From an uncultured delta proteobacterium (GTDB taxonomy: Bacteria > Desulfobacterota > Binatia > UBA9968), in the NCBI GenBank assembly GCA_963804165.1, contig CAWDPO010000001.1, forward strand, positions 32,001 through 96,000: a DNA stretch of 64,000 bases. Reading direction: 5' to 3'. Each line of letters starts with the position of its first letter. The stretch's first letter is position 1. The notes under the pieces were generated by a model. The model searched no databases and was not told the origin of the DNA. It saw only the letters and a program-made list of their open reading frames with translations. Positions 58,478 to 64,000 of this stretch are shown here, piece by piece. A program made the translations under genes and the position numbers.

Positions 58478-58873
58478 ATGGAGCAAGACACGATCTTGGT
58501 CGTTGACGATAATCCTTTGAACATGAAACTTGTCCGGGTCCTGCTCGCCGGAGAGGGTTATCACGTGCGAACCGCCGCTGACGCCGGAGAAGCTCTGACG
58601 GTTCTGAACGAATGTCATCCGCGCTTGATTCTAATGGACATCCAGTTGCCGGGGATCGATGGCCTCGAACTAACCCGGCGATTGAAAGCCGACCCATCGA
58701 CCCGTGACATCACGATCGTCGGGCTCACGGCGTACGCGATGAAAGGCGACGAGGAACGGATTCGCGCCGCCGGCTGCGACGGTTACATTCCCAAGCCGAT
58801 CGACACGAGAACGTTACCAGGCTTCATCAAGGCATACTTAAAGGACGACGCGCCAAAGACCGGCGCCACCTAG
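58478..58873 (+). CDS. Single-domain response regulator (DivK-like)
   Basis: ILVVDDN, LMDIQLPGIDG, LTAYAMKGDEE, GCDGYIPKP. Confidence 0.93.
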   Translation: MEQDTILVVDDNPLNMKLVRVLLAGEGYHVRTAADAGEALTVLNECHPRLILMDIQLPGIDGLELTRRLKADPSTRDITIVGLTAYAMKGDEERIRAAGCDGYIPKPIDTRTLPGFIKAYLKDDAPKTGAT

Positions 58874-59045
58874 AGCGCCACCGAGCTACCATCGAGGGCC
58901 GCGCAAATGCAGCCGCTGAAGAACGAGACTTCGATTATGGAAGAAAGCTTCGGTCGCAAAAATCGGCGGCCGGCGTGTTCGGACCGGCAGCAGCCGGCCA
59001 ACGGTGAAACTCGGATGCTTGAGGGTGGAGCGCTGAGGCTTTGAC

Positions 59046-62000
59046 ATGAAAATCCTGGTCGCCGACGACGACGCCGTGAATCGAAAGTATCTGCGCGCTT
59101 TACTGACGCTTGAGCGCCATACGGTGGTCGAATGCGAGGACGGCTTGGATTCCCTCTCCTACCTCGAACAAAACCCATGATCTCCGATGTCCTAATGCCG
59201 CGGATGGACGGCTATCGGCTATGTTACGAAATCCGCAAAAATGAAAAACTCAGAGCCACGCCCATCATCCTCTACACCGCGAGCTATTTATCCGACGCGG
59301 ATGAAAAGGCGGCCCTGGCCATGGGCGCCGATCGATTCATTTCGGAAGCCGGTTCCCGAGCTCATCGTCAAGACCCTCCACGAGGTCATCGCAGCCCGCC
59401 CCGCGCTCAACGACGCGCCGCTGCAGGAGCCAAAGGATTCCTCCGCCCTACGCGAGTACAGCGAAGCGTTGGTGCGCAAGCTCGAAGAGACCAACGCGCA
59501 GCTTGCGGCGGCTAACGAGTCGCTGCGCGAGAGTGAAGAGCGCCTGCGCCTAGCGGCTTCGGCCGGCAATGTCGGCATCTGGGAATGGGACCCCGCCACA
59601 GACCGTCTCGTCTGGAGCGACCAGCAAAAAATCGTTTTTGGTTGGCAGCCCGACAGCCAAGGTCTAACGCTTCAAACATTCTTAAACGCAATTCACGGAG
59701 AAGATCGCAAATCCGTCGAGGAATCCCTTCATGCCGCGGTGGCAGAGCGCACCGATTATGAAGCGGAGTACCGCGTGATCTGGCTCGACGGCAGCGTGCA
59801 TTGGATCGCCGACAAGGGGCGCGGCGACTATGATGCAGCCGGCCGGTGTCTGCGCATGAGGGGGATCGCGCTCGACATCAGCCGTCGCAAGGAAACGGAC
59901 GAGGCATTACGGAAGAGCGAGGCGCGATTTCGCGAGATGGCGGACAGCGCGCCGGTGATGATTTGGATCACGCGATCCGACGGTTTTTGTATTTATCTCA
60001 ATAAGCAATGGCAAGACTTTACCGGTCAGTCTGACGCCACCGGTCTGGGCTTCGGCTGGTTGGATGCCGTCTATCCGGAGGATCGCGAGCGCACCCACAC
60101 AGAGTTCCGCACGGCGATGGAGCGCCGTGAGGAATTACGCATGGAATCCTGCGCCGGCACGACGGCGCGTATCGCTGGGTGATCGACTCGGCACTGCCCC
60201 GAATAGGTCAAACGGGAGAATTTTTCGGCTTTATCGGTTCAGTCATCGATATTACCGATCGTAAACTGGCCGAAGAGGAGCGCCAAAGCGTTCTCGAGCG
60301 GATTCGCTTCCTCCATGAAATCGGTTTGTCTATCAACTCGAGCTTGGACCTGCAAACAATTCTCGATACGCTCTTGGAAAAATCGATCTGTTCATCCCCT
60401 ACCCCTCGGCGACGGCCGTAAGATTGTTAAACAAAAATAGCGGCCGATTGGAGGCGCTCGCCTGCCACAACCTTGATGCGGTTGAATGGAAAAATTATTT
60501 CGACGTCGCGCCGGTGGGGCGTGCTAAAGACGTGCTGGAGAGCAAGACGCCGGTGATCGTGCGCAACGTGCTGACGGATCCCGAAACGGCAAATCCCGCC
60601 ATTTATCGGCGGCTGGGCGTGGTTTCCTTGATCGGCGTTCCCTTGATCATCGAAGGCGAAGCTTTGGGTATTCTCAACTTTTTCACCAAGGAAGAGCGCG
60701 AGTTTACTTTCGAGGAAATTGAATTTCTTATGACCCTAGCCGGGCAAGCGGCGGTCGCAATCCACAACGCCCGGCTCTACGATGAGAACGAGCGGCGGCG
60801 GGATGAAGCGGAAGAGCTCGCCAGCATCGCTCGATCGCTCACGGAAACTCTCGACCTGAAAGCGATCGGAGAGCGTGTCGTGTCCAGCGTGGTGAAGCTC
60901 TTCGGCGTCAAAGGCGCGACCGTGCGGTTGCGCGAATCCGACGGCTCGCTGCGTAGTTTCGCCGCAACGGGCGAAGTGTTTTCGCAAACTCCAGCGGGCG
61001 CGGTGGTGCCCGCCGGCGCGGGGCTGGCGAGCCGCGCCTTTACCGAGGAAAAACCGGTCTGGTCCACTGACATGCTGAACGATCCCAGCATTCGTCTCAG
61101 CGATCGGATGCGCGACTACCTCTCCCAGTCGGGTGATGGCTCGATGATCGCCGTGCCGCTGCGCGCTCACGACAATCTTATCGGCGTTCTCTCCCTCGGC
61201 GATCGCACTGGGCGAAACTATCTCGAGAGCGAGGTCGCGCTCTTGCAAACTTTCGCCGATCAAGTCGCTCTAGCGCTCCAGAACGCCCGGCTCTACGAAC
61301 AAAGCCAGAGTCATCTCAAGCGCATCGAAGCACTGCGCGAGATCGATCGAGCGATCACCTCGACGTTGGACCTGCACTCCGTTCTCCATCTTCTGCTCGA
61401 GAAAATCGACGTCTTTCTACCCTATCCCGCGGCAACGACGATCCGACTATTCAACGGCGCCACGAGAAAGTTCGACAACACCGCGTGTCGGAACATCGAT
61501 GAACGCGAGTGGAGAGCGCGGATCGGTCAGGGCTCCGGCAATCTCTCGGAGCAGGTTCTGAAAACGAAGCGCCCTGTCATTGTCCCCAATATTCAAGAAG
61601 ACGCGCAAAGATCCGCTTCGCTCTTTTATCGCCAGTATGGCTTTGTCAGCTACCTCGGCGTGCCGCTGCTGGCCAAAGACGAGGTTCTCGGCATCCTCGG
61701 CTTTTACACCAAAATAGCTCATGAATTTACCCGGCTGGAGACCGACTTTCTGTTGACATTGGCGGGCCAAGCCGCCATCGCCATCAACAACGCCCAGCTT
61801 TACGAAGAGATCGATCGATCCAAGAAGGAACTGGAAATCACCAACCGGTCGTTGGAAACATCGCTAAAAAAGCTTGACAGTCTGTATACCGCCTTGTCGC
61901 CCATCACGACGACTGTATCGACGCAAGAGCTAATGAGTGGCATCATCAACCGGATCATCGAGGCTACCGGAGCCGACGCCGCGCTCATCCGAATAAGAGA

Positions 62001-63762
62001 TCACAATGATGATAGCTTGCCCATCGTCGGCCACTACGGTTTTTCTCATGAATATCTCACGCGGGTTGCAATAGCGCCCATCGCTGGCGCGGCGGCGTGG
62101 GTTATCGAACATGGGGAGCCGATTATTGCCCCGGATATCGCCGCGGAAGCACGGCTTACGGGCAAAGTTCAGCTACAGCTCGGCTTGCGCTCCTGTGCCA
62201 TGCTGCCGGTCAACGTCCACGGCGAGGTGCAGGGCATTTTGCATGTCGCCAGCCGCGTTCTAGGGCATTTCGACGAGGAGCAGAGAAACCACTTAGTGGC
62301 GATCACCCGACAGATAAGCATCGCCATGGAAAACCGCGAGCTTTTTGACAGGGTTAAAGCTTCGCGCGATGAGTTGGAACGGGCAAATGCGGCACTCAGA
62401 GAAAGCAATCGCATGCTGTCGGCGCTTCACGCGGTGGCGGCTGCGTCGAGTCAAACTTGGAATCTCGACCTGGTTCTAAATTCCGCGATTCAAAAGATCA
62501 CCGACATCTTTCATTTCGACGCAACGCAAATTCATGTTTGTGACAAACAACTCGATGAGCTCCGTCTCCTGGCTTCATTTGAAAACGATCCGGCGCGATT
62601 CTCGACAGCCCGGTCTTTCAAAATGGGGCAAGGTATCATTGGCAAAGTGGCGCAGTCCGGCGAAAAAATCATTTTTGCCGACGTCCAAACCGATCCACGA
62701 TACCAGGAGCTCAGCCGCACCAAGACCTCGGGACGACATGGCTATCATTTCTTTGCGACCTTCCCAATGAAAAGCAAGACGCGAAACTTGGGGACAATCG
62801 CCTGTATCGGCGCCGACCGCCGGGAGCTCGCCGCGAGCGAAGTTCAACTCCTGGAGGCGATCTCGGATCAACTTGCGGTGGCGATCGAAAACAGCGAGCT
62901 CTATGAAGACGTCCGACTCAAAGTCGAGGAGCTCCAGCGCAAGACCACTGAGCTGGAACAGGCAAACAAAGTGAAAGACGATTTTCTCGGCGTGGTTTCC
63001 CACGAGCTACGCACCCCGATCAATGTCATCATGGGTTATACGTCGCTCTTCAAAGACGGATTTTTCGGCGAGGTCAAACCGGGGCAGGACGAGGCTCTAG
63101 CCAAGATTGCCCGTGAATCCAAGGACCTGCTGGCGATGATCAATAGCGTCTTGCATGGGACCGCGCTTGAAGCTGAATGGGCGCCGCTCGAAACCATGGA
63201 GTTCAGCGTCGAAAGTCTCTTGGCGGAATTACGCGCGAACTATGCCGTAACCGTGCCGCGGCAATTGAGCCTTTATTGGAATTATCCGACCGACTCGCCG
63301 CAGCTCAAAACTGACCGCAGAATGCTCACACAAATTCTCGACAACTTGCTCGGCAACGCGGTGAAATTTACCGAAGAGGGCACGGTGACGATCACGGCGC
63401 GAGTCGGGGACGGTAAGGAGCGAAGCTGCGAGGGCACGGGAAAGGTTTCCGAGTTCGCGCCGCCCTGTCCCCAGAGGTCGTTGCTTGAATTTGAAATAGC
63501 CGACACCGGCGTGGGGATACCGAACGATCGGTTAGGCAAGATCTTCGATAAATTTTACCAGGTCGACAGCTCGGAGACGCGACGTTTCGGCGGCGTCGGC
63601 ATCGGTCTATACATCGCGAAGAAATTCGCCGAGCTGCTCGGTGGAAGAATCAGCGTTGAGAGCCGCGAAGGCAGCGGCTCGAAATTCACACTGACCCTAC
63701 CGTGCGAATCCGCTGCGGCAAACTCTTTCGAAGCGGCACCGCATCCGCCGCCGGCTCCCTAG
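59046..63762 (+). CDS. Large hybrid kinase REC-PAS-PAS-5xGAF-HisKA-HATPase, 5' third broken by indels
   Basis: MKILVADDDAVNRKYL at 59046, SDVLMPRMDG, PAS repeats (GIWEWD, APVMIW), five GAF units each ending in an A-x-x-N-x-x-L(Y/F) motif, VSHELRTPIN, GVGIGL; 60424-63762 is intact. Confidence 0.82.
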
Positions 63763-63839
63763 GCGAATTCGCTCCTCACTCACCGCCCATCGTGCCGACG
63801 ACAGAGAATCCGACTAGCGATCGAAAACGCCGCGCGAAC

Positions 63840-63868
63840 TTGACAACTTTGACAACACTTCCCATAAT
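63840..63868 (+). promoter_or_regulatory. Near-consensus sigma70 promoter
   Basis: TTGACA-N17-CATAAT, with TTGACAAC directly repeated; points off the window end. Confidence 0.6.
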
Positions 63869-64000
63869 TCGGGCCTCCCGATGGCCAGAACGGACATGAT
63901 CCCCCCTAGTGCCCTAAAAATCGTGTATGCAAAACGATCTTGCAGGGTTTTTCACCGCGTTGCTCGCGCAAGCGTCCGGCGGCAGCGGCGCCAAATAGTC

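Noticed and set aside
63926-64000. Possible gene start MQNDLAGFFTALLAQASGG after the terminal promoter
   Set aside because: It meets a stop within 24 codons at the window edge and cannot be assigned.

Overview
Bacterial window of moderately high GC. Its gene style (expanded solute-binding proteins, Rieske, UbiD, LLM and VOC families) resembles Candidatus Binatia metagenome assemblies; this is an inference. It has five blocks. (1) 1-8.9 kb: a divergently transcribed aromatic-acid catabolic cluster (ABC transport, C-C-hydrolase-like protein, UbiD decarboxylase, phthalate-dioxygenase-type Rieske oxygenase, dihydrodiol dehydrogenase, RidA). (2) 9.4-13.8 kb: an alkylation-repair operon headed by an ECF sigma factor. 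The sigma is translationally coupled to a rearranged Ada-like protein (methyltransferase plus C-terminal Ada Zn domain, no AraC HTH), followed by alkA, ogt and a 2OG-Fe(II) oxygenase. Two back-to-back copies of a 31-bp ECF-type promoter motif sit upstream. This is the best candidate for an undescribed system. (3) 14-42 kb: a patchwork of redox/stress genes, gene relics, local duplications, REP-like repeats, a RAYT transposase fragment, and a degraded ilvB with an intact leader-peptide attenuator. (4) 42-51 kb: a second catabolic cluster with two SDRs lacking YxxxK, a bicupin, and OphC-like, LLM, VOC and NicX/M29-like genes. (5) 51-64 kb: a sigma-54 regulator and a multi-kinase signalling cluster. 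Many genes carry indels that probably reflect long-read consensus errors. No rRNA, tRNA or CRISPR array was seen. All product calls come from motif recognition, not database searches.
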